From Octopus sinensis (Eukaryota), in assembly GCF_006345805.1 (NCBI RefSeq), contig NC_043001.1, positions 131,006,001-131,070,000 of the forward strand: a stretch of 64,000 nucleotides of DNA, read 5' to 3'. Under the pieces are notes generated by a model. It searched no databases. It saw only the letters and a list, made by a program, of their open reading frames with translations, and was not told the DNA's origin. This document shows positions 21,748-34,782 of the stretch, in pieces (the first letter of the stretch is position 1; every line of letters starts with the position of its first letter). Made by a program: the position numbers and the translations under genes.

Positions 21748-22679
21748 AACATATGAGTACCTAAGAAGCCATATTACAATACAGCAGAATTTAATATTAT
21801 ATAATATTATATGCATAAATACACCTAAATACACCTGAAAGAAGGACACACAGAGACATATATGCACACATACAAGCATAGACACATATATATATACACA
21901 AATACACACATCATAATGTGGAAAAATCAACCAAACAAAAAAAACATCTATATAATAATAACAATCATGGTAATGATAATGGTGTCTTTATTTGACACAA
22001 GTGCAGAAAATGAAAATAAAAACAATAATAACAATAACTATAAAAATAAAGAGAAAAAGAAGAAAAGCTGGAACAATATAAAAAAAAATGAACAAACAAA
22101 CAAGCAAGCAATAGAAACAAAAAGAAAGAAAGAGAAACTAATAGATAAAATATATAGATAAATAGATAAATGAATAAGTAAACAAATTTGTAAATAAATA
22201 AATATGTAAATAAATAAGTAATAAAGGCATACATAAACGGATCACAATTTGGCAAGGGAACAGGATGTAAATTGAAAACAACGGAAGTGTTTTTCCTATA
22301 TTATGTTGTTGCTTTTGTGAATTTTTCTCCCTAGAAAGAAGAAACATTAAAGCAAGACCGAAAATAAAAATCTCTGACATCGATACAGTATCATGTCAAG
22401 CAGTATATAAACTAATTAGTTGTATTAGATAGGCAAAAAATAAGTAAAATGTTAGCATATATGTAGATAATTTGTTTTATATTTTATTTCAGCGTTGAAC
22501 AAACTTGCAAATTTGCAAATTTGATTTTCTTTTTTTTTTTTTTTTTACGTTGTTGATGTTTACATTTTTGAAATTTGCAAATTTTATTTTTTATTCTATT
22601 TGTGTTTAGTCTTATGCTTCTTTATTTTATTTTTTTAAAAATCCTATTCAGTGTTTGTTTCTTTGTCACTTTTCTTTAG

Positions 22680-22729
22680 AAAATGGTGTGTGTGCATGCA
22701 AACACACACATATACATACACACATGCAC

Positions 22730-22764
<35 letters not shown>

Positions 22765-23145
22765 ATTACACATGCATATATATGTGTGCACACATGTATG
22801 TGTATATATGCATGCATGAAAGTATATATGTGTAAATATATGTATATATATATAATATATATATACACACACATACACATTCATACCTGTATATCTGTAT
22901 ATATATGCGTATATATATATACATATACACACACATATATGCTTACATTCATGCTAACAAACACACACACACACACATATATATATATATGATAAATACA
23001 TACACATGTATATGTGTGTATATATGTAGTATATAATTATGCATATACATGTATGTATGTATGTATGTAAGTATGTACATATTGAAGTTGTACTTGCATA
23101 TATATATATATATACATATACACACACATATATGCTTACATTCAT

Positions 23146-23200
<55 letters not shown>

Positions 23201-23375
23201 AAATACATACACATGTATATGTGTGTATATATATATATATATAATATATATATATATGATAATACATACACATGTATATGTGTGTATATATGTAGTATAT
23301 AATTATGCATATACATGTATGTATGTATGTATGTATGTAAGTATGTATGTACGTATTGAAGTTGTACTTGCATGT
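22680..23375. repeat. Compound microsatellite field with an internal duplication of about 190 bp
   Basis: atatgcttacattcat...atgataaatacatacacatg...attgaagttgtacttgcat occurs twice (22915-23100, 23110-23373). Confidence 0.85.
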
Positions 23376-23556
23376 CAGATGATTTGATCTGAGACTATAC
23401 GTTGAAACTAAAGCAATTACAGCGCGGAAAGCTCATTTTAGCCTTTCAAAAACATACAGAAACTGTTACCTTTCACTTAATCATTTATTACTTGTAATGA
23501 ATAACTGTGTATATATGGGTGGATGTATAGGTATGTTTGTGTGTGTGTGTATATAT

Positions 23557-23768
23557 CCATCTCTCTCTTTCGGAGAGGCACTGAGCAGCTATACGCACAC
23601 ATACACACATGGCAGTAACTTCCACCTACTGAATTCAATCACAAAGCTCCGGTCAGCTCGGGCTATAGTAGAAGACACCTACCCAAAGTGCCACGCAGTG
23701 GGACTGAACCCGAAACCATATAGCTAGGAAGCAAGCTCCCTAACCACACAGCCATGCCCGCGCCTACA
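23557..23768 (-). mobile_element. SINE-A' variant, second copy
   Basis: Colinear with 15973-16170. Confidence 0.75.
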
Positions 23769-23779
23769 TATATATATAT

Positions 23780-23780
<1 letters not shown>

Positions 23781-23868
<88 letters not shown>
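23781..23868. repeat. (AGAT)n tetranucleotide repeat
   Basis: About 21 perfect units. Confidence 0.95.
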
Positions 23869-24348
23869 CATAAATAGATGCATATGTGTGTATATATATA
23901 TATATATGTATATATACAAACACACAATATATATAGAGACAGACATACATAATACATATACTCAAGCACACATATAAGAGACTAAGAATATAGGTGCTGG
24001 TGTGGAGGAGTGGTTAAGCAGTTAACTTGCCAAACATGTGATTATGTAATTTCAAGTTCAGTCCCACTGTGTTGTAACTCAAACAAGTATCTTCTCTTAT
24101 AGCCCAGGGTGACTGATATCCTGCAAGTGGATTTAGTTGATGGAAATTGAAAGAAAATGTAAATACGGACATTTGCATTGCTGAAGCAAATTGTTTATAT
24201 TCCTTTATAACCTTCCTACTTACAATAACACAAAACTAGAAAGTAAGATTGACACCAGTCTTAGCAAAGCAGACTTAAACAATCAGAATATACAGGTGCA
24301 CAACCCGATGTGATGAAATAGAAAATATAATTGAAATCAGTACCTTAT

Positions 24349-24762
24349 AGGTACAGGTGTAGTTGTGTGGTAAGAAGTTTGCTTCGCATCCACATGACTC
24401 TGAGTTCAGTCCCACAGCATGGCACTATGGACAATTGTCTTCTACTATAGCCTCAGGCTGACCAAAGCCTTGAGTGGATTTGGTAGACAGAAATTAAAAG
24501 AAGTCTATCTTATATATATATATCTATATAAATGTATCTATGTGCATTTGTCTTTGTATCTGTCTTTCTCCTCCAGCACCCCTTGACAATTGGTGTTGGT
24601 GTGTTTATGTCCCCATAATTTAGCAGCTTGACAAAAGAGATCGATAGAATAAGTACCAGGTTTAACAAAAAATAAGTGCTGGAGTTGATTCATTAGCCTC
24701 AAAATTCAAATTATGCCCCAGCATGGCCACAGTCTAATGACTGAAACAAGTAAAAGATAAAA
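24349..24762 (+). mobile_element. SINE-A, full length, diverged
   Basis: All SINE-A modules present in order. Confidence 0.8.
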
Positions 24763-25108
24763 GTTTCATTTAAAAAGAAACAGTAACAAACGAACAAACA
24801 AACAAAAAAATCAAGATTAAGAATTTGCGCTCTGATATTTTCTATCTATTGAAAGCCTGCTTAATTTGCAGCATCACCTCAAATTTCAATTGGAATCTTA
24901 TTGTAAACAAGTCTGGATAACTGTTTCATTATCTTTAAATCACAAAGTCATTAAAGGAAATACACAGAAAATAAAGAATTAAAGATGCATTAATGCTTGT
25001 ATAGATGGTTGTTGTTTCAGTGCCTTTGATATCTTCTTCAGATTCAAATCCTGCAAGGGAAAACTTCACCTGATATCCTCCTTAGTGGGGGCCGATAAGT
25101 AAAGTTCT

Positions 25109-25325
25109 CAAGGTGGCGAGCTGGCAGAATCGTTAGCACACCAGGCGAAATGCTTATCGTTATTTCGTCTGCCACTATGTTCTGAGTTCAAATTCCGCCG
25201 AGGTCGACTTTGCCTTTCATCCTTTCGGGGTCGATTAAATAAGTACCAGTTACGTACTGGGGTCGATATAATTGACTTAATCTGTTTGTCCTCTCTGTGT
25301 TTAGCCCCTTGTGGGTAGTAAAGAA
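25109..25325 (+). mobile_element. SINE-B subfamily with alternative tail (B2)
   Basis: SINE-B body plus tail tctgtttgtcctctctgtgtttagccccttgtgggtagtaaagaaa; relatives at 36175-36395 (-) and 46313-46530 (+). Confidence 0.8.
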
Positions 25326-25549
25326 AGAGATAAGTAAAGTTCTCTCTTCCTCTCTGTGAATCAGTTATGTTGTAGTGTGACAAGGGTGTCCTAGAGAGCC
25401 AGACCAAACATAGCATCCTTTTCTACAGATATGAAGACTGGGTGAGCAAACAGCCAGTGCCATCACCTCATAAGAAAAACGATATGCTACTGGAACCATC
25501 CATATATAAAATAGAGGGGACTGAGATGGTCTTCATGTGTTGTTGTTGT

Positions 25550-25696
25550 TCCATCTACCAAATCCACTCATAAGGCTTTGGTCGGCCCGAGGCTATAGTA
25601 GAAGACACTTGCCCAAGGTGCCACGCAGTGGGACTGAACCCGGGACCATGTGGTTGGTAAACAAGCTACTTACCACACAGCCACTCCTGCACCTAT
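25550..25696 (-). mobile_element. SINE-A left arm
   Basis: ctaccaaatccactc...cacacagccactcctgcacct. Confidence 0.8.
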
Positions 25697-25699
25697 ATA

Positions 25700-25796
25700 T
25701 TATATAAAATCCATTCTGTCTGTCTGTGTGTCTTCTAGGATCTCGAGCATCCTCCATCCGATTGCGCTAAAGTTTGATATGTGGATACCGACAGTG
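25700..25796 (+). mobile_element. 5' fragment of Helitron-like family 2
   Basis: Inverse of 27485-27582 (tctgtctgtctgtgtgtcttctaggatctcgagcatcctccatccgattg). Confidence 0.65.
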
Positions 25797-25921
25797 GTGG
25801 TGATGGTTGGAATGTTGTTAGTAATGATACTATAGATGATATGATAATGATAATAGTGTTTGGGGAGAGAGTGGTAGTCACAGTTTTAACGATGTTGACA
25901 ATATTGATTTTTTTTTTTTAA

Positions 25922-26310
25922 AGAAGGTGGCAAGCTAGCAGAAATGTTAGCACGCTGAGTGAAATGCTTAGTGGTATTTCATCAGCCTTTACATTCTGAG
26001 TTCAAATTCCACCGAGGTCGCCTTTACCTTTCATCCTTTCAGGGTTGATAAACAAGGTACCAGTTGCATACAGGAGTCAATCTTATCGACTGGTCCCCAC
26101 ACCCAAACATTTGAGGCCTTGTGCCTAGAGTAGAAAAGAATATTGATTTTTTAAATTTTGGCACAAGAGGAGGAATTTAGGGGTAGGGGGTAAGTCGATT
26201 ACATCAAATGGTACTTATTTTATCGATCCAAAAAAATTGGAAGGTAAAGTCGATCTTCGCAGAATTTGAACTCAGAATGTAAAGATGGACAAAATGCAGC
26301 TTGCCACCTT
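25922..26310. mobile_element. Two SINE-B copies tail to tail (+ 25922-26140, - 26150-26310)
   Basis: Adjacent copies in opposite orientation. Confidence 0.75.
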
Positions 26311-26774
26311 ATTACAGATGGATAATATTGATGTTAAGATGACACAGATGGTATTAATTGGGATAGGTGTTGTTGGTGGTGTGTTGGTAGTAAGCTGAGA
26401 GCTTGGTGTTTGGTTGTGATGGAGGTTGCTGGTGATGAAAACTGTACTGTGGTGAAGTTTAATGTTATTATTTTTTAACCCCAGGTCAACCCTAACTAAG
26501 CAAACCTGAAATCAAAAGTATTCTAGGAATAAGTTAATCAGTGTTTTGTTTCCATTCTGTTTTTTTTTAAGCTTTGGTTTAAGGGAAATTTTATTGCTAT
26601 TTCTAGCAAGTTGAACAACAGCTGAGAAACTCCCACTTTGGTGACTCATGAGATTGTTGCAATTTATTAATAGTTCTTAATGCATTGGTTGCAATTAATT
26701 TATACACAGGACCAGAAATTTAAAGTGAGAATGTTGGTTAAAACTAATATATCAAGCCCTGTACTTTTCATTTT

Positions 26775-27184
26775 TATTTTATTTTTTACTTGTTTTAGTC
26801 ATTAGACCGTGGCTGTGCTGAGGCACCACTTTGAAGAATTTTAGTCAAATGAATCAATCTCAATACTTATATTCTTAAGCCTGGTACTCATTCTATCAGT
26901 GTCTTCAGCTGAAATGCTAAGTTACAGGGTGTAAACACACCAACACCAGTGGGAGATAAACACAAACATGAATACACACACCGTCATCCTCATTTAATGT
27001 CCATTTTCCATGATGGCATGGGTTGGACGGTTTGACTGAAAACTGATGAGCTGAGGAGCTGCACCAAGTTCCACTGATTTGGCATGGCTTCTATGGCTCA
27101 ATGCCCTTCCTAAAGCCAACCACTTCAAAACTGGTTGACATTAGTAGTGGGTGTTTTTTATGTACCACTGGCACAGGTGCCAGT

Positions 27185-27223
<39 letters not shown>

Positions 27224-27574
27224 GAGCAAAACGCCCCCCCCCCTGCCCGTCCAATAGACGGTGCTGAGTTGTCAAACATTTAAACCAAATTTTCTCAAAA
27301 CAACATGTCCAACTGTCCCCTTTGAGAAACACTGATTCAACCTAAATTTGAGACACCAGCAAAAGAAGAAATAAAGATAGACTTTTTTTCTATTCCAAAG
27401 AAAAACGATTTTATTCACTTTATCGATTGCATTCTCACCTGGAATTTATTTTTGTAATTTTTTCAAGACTTATACACACCCTGACACTGTTGGTATCCAC
27501 ATATCAAATTTGAGCACAATCGGATGGAGGATGCTCGAGATCCTAGAAGACACACAGACAGACAGAATGGATTT

Positions 27575-27619
<45 letters not shown>

Positions 27620-27770
27620 ATGAGCTTCTTTCAGTTTCTACCTTCCAAATACACTCACAAGACTAGCTGGCTTGAAGCTATAATAGAAGACACTTGCCCA
27701 AATACAGTGGGACTGAACCTGGAATGAAGTGGTTGAGAAGCAAATTCTTACCACACAATCACACCTGTGC
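26775..27770 (-). mobile_element. Nested cluster: SINE-A split at its microsatellite by SINE-E (26984-27185) and Helitron-like family 2 (27222-27582)
   Basis: SINE-A right arm 26775-26980 and left arm 27620-27770 in the same orientation; Helitron-like piece with acgagcaaaacgccc end and acagacagacag..ttttatata end. Confidence 0.7.
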
Positions 27771-28360
27771 TTTACTTTGTCAAACTCAGAGAGATGAAAG
27801 ACTAAGTTGGCATTCATGGATACAGAGGTGAATAGGCCTCAGGGTAAATTAACTCCATTTCCAAGCAGAGTGAGGCATGTCAGCCTAAAATCTTCTTCAC
27901 CCAAACAATTACCAAATTACTTAGAACAAAAAAGATTATGCTAGCATCAGTGAGTTTATTGAATGAGTAGGTGAACTTCAGATAATAGCATGGAAATATT
28001 TCAGTAACTGGCAGAATGCCATTTTGTAGATCAAGTTTTGGCCAGTTAAAAATATGCGATTGAGAAGGAAGTTTGATAGAGAACACATTGTACAGAGGAG
28101 AAAAATTGCAAATTATCGAATATGCATACACATGACTCTGTGGTGACAAAGTTTGCATAGATACTATATGGCTTCAGGTTCAATCCCACTGTGAGGCACC
28201 TTAGGCAAGTGTCTCTAATATAACCTCAAGTTGAATAATTCCTAGCAAGTGAAACTTAATAGACAGAAATTATACAGAAGCTTGTGTGTGTGCATGTGTG
28301 CGTGCACGTGCATGCATGAGTCTATGTGTGTGAGTATGTGTGTGTGCATGTATATATGTA

Positions 28361-28670
28361 GAGGCGCAATGGCCCAGTGGTTAGGGCAGCAGACTCGCGG
28401 TTGTAGGATCGCGGTTTCGATTCCCAGACTAGGCGCTGTGAGTGTTTATTGAGCGAAAACACTTAAAGCTCCACGAGGCTCCAGCAGGGAGTGGTGGCGA
28501 TCCCTGCTGTACTCTTTCGCCACAACTTTCTCTCCCTCTTTCTTCTGTTGGCCTGCTCGCTTAGCCAGCGAGGTGGCGTCATTTGAAGGCTAAAACAATG
28601 TGAAGCGCATTGTGACCAGAGATGTGTAACAACATCTGATAGCCTGGTCGGTCACGGTGATCATGGTGAT
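28361..28670 (+). mobile_element. SINE-C group: head + body Y + tail 3
   Basis: gaggcgcaatggcccagtggttagg...ggtttcgattccc (B box)...gtgagtgtttattgagcgaaaac...gtcacggtgat. Confidence 0.8.
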
Positions 28671-28678
28671 ATATATAT

Positions 28679-28881
28679 ATATAATAAATTAATAAATAAA
28701 ACATATGCATATATACATACATATATGTACGTACCTACCTCTACATGTATATATACATGCATATATGGGTAGAGGACACTAAAAAAACGTTGAACACACT
28801 GAGAAACGAAAACATGTAGAGGTAGGTATGTACATATATGTATGTATATATGCATATGTTTTATTTATTAATTTATTATAT
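28679..28881. repeat. 70-bp near-perfect inverted repeat with a 63-bp spacer
   Basis: 28679-28748 is the reverse complement of 28812-28881 with one mismatch. Confidence 0.9.
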
Positions 28882-28919
28882 GACGGAACACATGCATCCA
28901 TTTCTAAGTAAGATTGTTC

Positions 28920-28959
<40 letters not shown>

Positions 28960-29268
28960 AGATAAGAAAATGGAGAAATATATCTAAATCAAATATCAAT
29001 TACCAGATAATATTCAATCACATACTTTATTAAACCACCACATAAGAGACTGTAGGGTTAAATATAAAAAGCAGAACAAATCAGTGTACATAAAGGAATG
29101 TACATAAAAAAGTGTACATAAAAGAGTAATGTTGTATAATAAGAAGAATATATATAAAAGAGAATATAAATATAAGTAAATATAAATATAAGTATAGATT
29201 ACATCTTACAGCTGTTTCGGCCATGTAGATAAGTATGTCTCATTTTACCAATATTAGCCTTTTATGGT

Positions 29269-29299
<31 letters not shown>

Positions 29300-29554
29300 C
29301 GCACACACACATACATACATATACACATGCAAATACACACATATATGATATAAATGTTGATATGTGTGTACATGGATGTAACTGTCGTATGTATTTGAAT
29401 GTATTGCCACAGAGGCATTATTTGAACAAAGGGGGACATTAATTTGTTACCAATAATCAATATGTTCCATAGCTTGGTGGGTTCATCAGTTTTAGCATGT
29501 GAACCCCAATGAAATAAAAATAAAACAATATTTTAATAGGAAAAATCAAGTATA

Positions 29555-29959
29555 TAGGCGCAGGAGTGGCTGTGTGGTAAGTAGCTTGCTAACCAACCAC
29601 ATGGTTCTGGGTTCAGTCCCACTGCGTGGCATCTTGGGCAAGTGTCTTCTGCTATAGCTCTGGGCCGACCAATGCCCTGTGAGTGGATTTGGTAGACGGA
29701 AACTGAAAGAAGCCTGTCATATATATGTATATATGTATATATATATATATGTACGTGTGTGTCTGTGTTTGTCCCCCTAGCATTGCTTGACAACCGATGC
29801 TGGTGTGTTTACGTCCCCGTCACCTAGTGGTTCAGCAAAAGAGATCGATAGAATAAGTACTAGGCTTACAAAGAATAAGTCCCGGGCCGATTTTCTCAAC
29901 TAAAGGTGGTGCTCCAGCATGGCCGCAGTCAAAATGACTGAAACAAGTAAAAGAGAGTA
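29555..29959 (+). mobile_element. SINE-A, full length, young
   Basis: Complete head-to-tail match. Confidence 0.9.
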
Positions 29960-32724
29960 TATAATAATATAATAATAATGAAATTATTGTATATCTGTTC
30001 AGGTGCACCACAACTTGTAAAAAGTGCGTATAAAGCACATGCAGTTATGTACAAATGTCTGGGAAGTGAACAGTGTATGAGTCAGATACATGCTTGTGTG
30101 TGTAAGGAGGGGAGAAAATCAGGTGTGGTGCTGGTTTTGTATCAGGAAGGGCATCCAGTTGTGGAATTCGGCCTCAATAAATCATGTCTAATCCACGCTG
30201 GTATTAGAAAAGAAAAGAAAAGCAAAACTAAACAAAACAAAAAAAAACAGATGTAAAAATGATGACAGCGGTGACAACACCATCAACAGTGATGACAACG
30301 ATAATTACAACAATGACCACTTTCCAGAAACTCCATCTGCAGCAAATGGCCTATATGCCACATATTGAGACGTACATTCACCTGACCAAAATATAACTCC
30401 TAGAAGAAGTCAACGTTGAATATATAATGCGTAACCAATAAGAAAAAATTTTGTATATCTATTGTAAGACACTATGACATTAATTGATCATTGTACAGTC
30501 AAAATGTTATCATAGTATCCATAAAAATGTCATTTAACTTCAGGAAAGTATAAGAAAATTAACAGTTTTATTTTTTTATGTGAGCTTTGTAATTCTATCC
30601 TATTTATTAGAAAAATGTGTTATTTTCATCTGCTTTCTTTTTTTTTTTTTTTTGCTTTTTTTTTGTTTTTTTCTTTTTGGTTTTGTCATCATGATTATAA
30701 AAACACTTTCAATCATATAGATAATACTGAATCAATAATAATATTACTTTTCTCACCTATGCAACAAAATTTGACCCTTAAAGTAAGCAAAGCTGGAACA
30801 TAATTACAGACAAAGCAATATTTAACAGGAGTAACTAAATTAAAATCAGTTTTACTAATGTTTCTTTTTAGATATTGTCCATTTAAGATGATATAGCACA
30901 TTCTTGAATCATCACAAAAAGTGATTTAAAAACAAACAAATAAACAAACAAAAACCAAAAACGTTATTTTTAACAAGTTAGTGAGTGAGAAAAATCTAAT
31001 TTTCTGTTTTTGCATTATATTGCAACTTTAGGGTCATGTCTTTGATGTTTGATATTTTTGAAAGTAGGAATATTAATTATGTATGTACTTATTCATTCAT
31101 TTTTGAAAATAGTATAGATAAAATTTCTTCCACCCCTTGTCTTCTACTAAACACATTAGATTTGTGAAGGTTTATGGCATTTTTATTGAACAAAAAAATA
31201 AATAAAGAGAGAGAGAGAGAGAGACTAACTCCAATCTACTTAGTAAAAAGGTCTACCAATTAAAAATCGAAAGTTGCAATTTAGTCTTTACAAATGTGTA
31301 CTGCATTCTCCGAGGACTAAGTTTGTTAATTATCTTTTTATCACGTAACCTCTTGCCATCAATTTGCAAGTCTTGAACCAATGATCAAAGTGAAAAAGTA
31401 ATTTTCAGAATATTGATACCAAACTGTGGCCTAATTTAGTTTGACATACTTTGTAAATGTAAATCTACAGGAGAGAGACAGAGAGAGAGAGAGAGAGAGG
31501 TGAGGGAGAGAGAATAACATCTTCTTCAGGGTATAGTTACAAAATTTAATAAAAAGCTAAAATATAAAAATGCAAAATAATCATAAAACAATAATAAAGA
31601 AAAACTAAAGATAGAGAGAAAGAATGATAGAAATTAATCTTATTTTATTTTTGCTCATTATAATTTCATAAATAAAGCTAGAGTGCCTCATCTTAGTCTC
31701 AGACTAGTGCAAAAACAAGCAATAGTATGGCTACCATTTCCAATATAATTAAAATAATAAAATATATTGCAATGAATTGAACAATAAGATGAAAGAAAAA
31801 AAACAAATTATTTGAGTTTGTATGTCATTGTTCTTTTTTATGTTCCCTTTGAAATTTCAGTGGAAAGTCTTTCCTATTTATTATTACTTTTTTTTCCTTC
31901 AAAGAAAAACCCTGATTCTTTTTTGCATTAAAGAAACATTTGAAGAAAGATAAAATACACAACACAAAAAAAAAAATCTAATATACAGAGAAAGCTACTA
32001 AATTCAAACTATATTATGAATTCCTCACTAAACTTCTATGCTTGACTGAATTTACATGGGGACAAAAATAATTATTATTCATTTTTATATTTTTTTATAG
32101 GAAAACCTCAACATTTGGGGCTACAGTAATAATTTAAAAAAATGATATTCGCATCTTATTAGTAATAGATCTCTGAATTAGCATCCATGTTTGGTTGAGA
32201 AAACACAGACTGTCACATCTTAATGAATCTGTATGAACATAATACTAATAAATGTACCACTTAGTGATCAGTATATTTAAATTTATTGATAGCTGCTTAT
32301 TTCATTGTTAATAACTTGATTCATAGAATAAGATACATGGTCACAAAGCAATGTGACATGGGGTCAATAGCAATACCAATTAATGGATGAAACACATGTT
32401 GTCTACCATCAAAGAAAGTGAATTTGCTGAAGGACTAAAAACTATAATTGGTTGAAAATATGATGAAAGGGACAAGAAGAATTTAATAAATGTAATTTAA
32501 AACAAAAATGACTAAAAGATTTACTAAAAATAAAATTGAGAATGGAAAGTATTTTGCATTTTTTCAATAAATATTTTACAAATTATGGCTGTAAATTTCT
32601 GGAAATTGCAGCAAGTTTATTTCTGGAAATAAAGACTGTAAATTTCTAGAAAGGCATCTACAATTGGATGCCAACTTTAAGGGCAAGTTATTTCATATTG
32701 TAAAACCTAATAATATTCATAATA

Positions 32725-33290
32725 TTTGTCTCAAATTCTGGTACAAGGCCAGCAATTTCAGAAGAGGTAGTAAGTTGATTATATCAACCTAAGTGCACAA
32801 CTGGTACTTATTTTATCGACCTTGAAAGGATGAAATACAAAGTCAACCATAACAGAATTTAATCACAGAATGTCCAGTGTTCTAACAATCCAGCCTGTTT
32901 GCTGTCCTAATAATAGTGATAATACTGATATCTTAACAGAAGCACAGATCTAAAAATTTGGGCAAAGAAGCAATCAATTACATTAATCATTTAGTACTTA
33001 ATTGCTACTTATTTTATCAACCTCAGTAGTTATAATCATGCATTTTAATTACTGTCTTCCATGCTAGCATGGGTTGAACTATAGAAAGCAAAAATAATCT
33101 TCCTAGGATCAGCTGCCATTTGCATCTAAGACTTAATGTCAAGCTGCTCATGAAAGCTTTATAGTGTGAGTTAAAATTCTGCCAAGGTCGACTTTGCCTT
33201 TCATTCTTTCAGGGTCGATTATTTTATCGACCCTGAAAGTACCAGTTGAACTCTGGGGGGTTGCTGGTCTTGTGCCAAGATTTTAAAACA
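32725..33290. mobile_element. Cluster of SINE-B fragments in both orientations
   Basis: ggtacttattttatcgacc..aaaggatgaaa (-) at 32725-33030; gccaaggtcgactttgcctttca (+) at 33165-33290. Confidence 0.6.
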
Positions 33291-33584
33291 ATAAGTAGTC
33301 TGGTACAACTTGTTGCCTAGTTGGGCTGTCAGCAACTAAACTGGAGAGGAGGGTTTGGTATGAACCCAGCAGGACAAAAAATAATACCTGTGAAAAAATT
33401 GAATGGATTTAGCCTAGGCTCAACAACCAAGTTAGCAACAACTCAGGAACTTAGAAATTCCAGGTAGGTGTCTGGCCGGCTGTTGGACCACTGGGATGGA
33501 AACACCTTAACTTTTGTTAAAGCATGTCCTTTAGGTTAGGAGATGCCAGTACAGTGTCCACAGTTACAGTGGAGGTATAAGTGA

Positions 33585-33630
33585 AAAGCAACCAGACTAG
33601 GAGAAGGACACCTCTGAGTGTAAACCCTCA
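33585..33630 (+). mobile_element. Possible RTE 5'-UTR motif remnant
   Basis: gcaaccagactaggagaaggacacctctgagtgtaaacc resembles, from memory, a motif in RTE-clade 5' UTRs; no ORF follows. Confidence 0.35.
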
Positions 33631-33939
33631 ATGCATTAAGTATCTGAAATAGCTATCATTGCAGTAATTGTTTTCTAAGTTGCTGCAATTGTAGACAAAA
33701 AAATTTGGACTTCTGTTTAGCAATGGTAGTTCCATATCCATGGTTCAAGGAAAAACTAGCATCATCATTATCATCATCATACATTGTTTATTGAACCTGA
33801 AAGGCTGAAAGGCAAGGTTGGCCTTGGTGGAAATTGATCTCAGAGCACAGAAGGACATTCTTATCACCACAAACCAAAAGAATTTTATTGACCATATAAA
33901 ATATTCTAGAAAAGAATTAAGACATTATAACAATAGACC

Positions 33940-34490
33940 ATGGTTACCATATTTCTGTTGAGATCCTGTGTTTCTTTCAATTAATTTTAAATATAAGCTA
34001 GTGTTAGGGACATAAATTATGACTAAGGTTTGGTGGGAGACTTTAAACATGAACTTTTGGAAACATTACATTTGTACTACAGAGGCAGTTTCAGCCAGGT
34101 TGGTATCAAATGATGAAGTAAGAACCATAATGTAGCAGAATCTCAGCAATGACACAAAATGAAAAGTGTAGAAGTAAATACATTTTTCGGTACCCTCTAT
34201 ATGTTGATTTTTTTTTTTTTTTTTACTACAAAGGTATTTAATGATTTAATCCTTTTTGTTACCATATTTCTGTTTAAATACTCTACTTTTGTTTTGATGA
34301 ATTTTTGAAATAATGAAGAATTTTTAAAAATAACTTTTGTTATTTTAGTAAATTAAACTGATGTTTGCAACAAATTAAGATGAATTTTTGATGGAAGATT
34401 TTAATGTGGATCAGTTTAAAACAGGAAGTTTGTGTCATAGAACAACCAATGGTAATCTTAGCCAGGTTGCTATCAAAAGAGTTATTTCTT
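33940..34490. mobile_element. Two diverged copies of TTAA MITE P2
   Basis: gttaccatatttctgtt...gtttcagccaggttggtatcaaa (33940-34110) and a similar copy at 34248-34487; homologous to 38061-38451. Confidence 0.55.
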
Positions 34491-34536
34491 GTTAAACAAA
34501 CTACTTAAACAATTTTCAGTGGTTTGATTAATCAAG

Positions 34537-34782
34537 GGAAGCATTTGGCTTAGTGGTTAGGGTGTTGAACTAATGATCGTAAGGTTGTGGTTTCAATTCC
34601 TGGACCGGGTGATGCATTGTGTTCTTGAGCAAAGCACTTCATTTCACATTGCTCTAGTCCACTCAGCAGGCAAAAATGAGTAATCCTGTGATGGACTGGC
34701 GTCCCGTCCAGGTGGGGAATTTCTACGCCACTGAAACCAGGAACCCAGCCCTTATGATCCTGGCATGGCTTGAGAAGGAACA
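34537..34782 (+). mobile_element. SINE-C group: head + body X + tail 2
   Basis: Tail 2 begins cctgtgatggactggcgtcccgtccagg, resembling (from memory) the V-SINE-type central motif. Confidence 0.75.

Noticed and set aside
25005-25045. Minus-strand CUGAAGA...GAAAC
   Set aside because: No stem II pairing, no stem III and no NUH site.
27040-27065. CUGAUGA-GCU-gagg-AGC inside SINE-E
   Set aside because: No GAAA follows the short stem.
29195-29495. Partial hammerhead-like pieces: GGCC-GAAA-CAGCUG-UA (minus, about 29205-29225) and CUGAUGA-a-CCCA...UGGAACAUAU (minus, about 29455-29490)
   Set aside because: The first lacks a CUGANGA box and stem I partner; the second lacks an intact GAAA and convincing stems. 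Possibly very old remnants, not counted.
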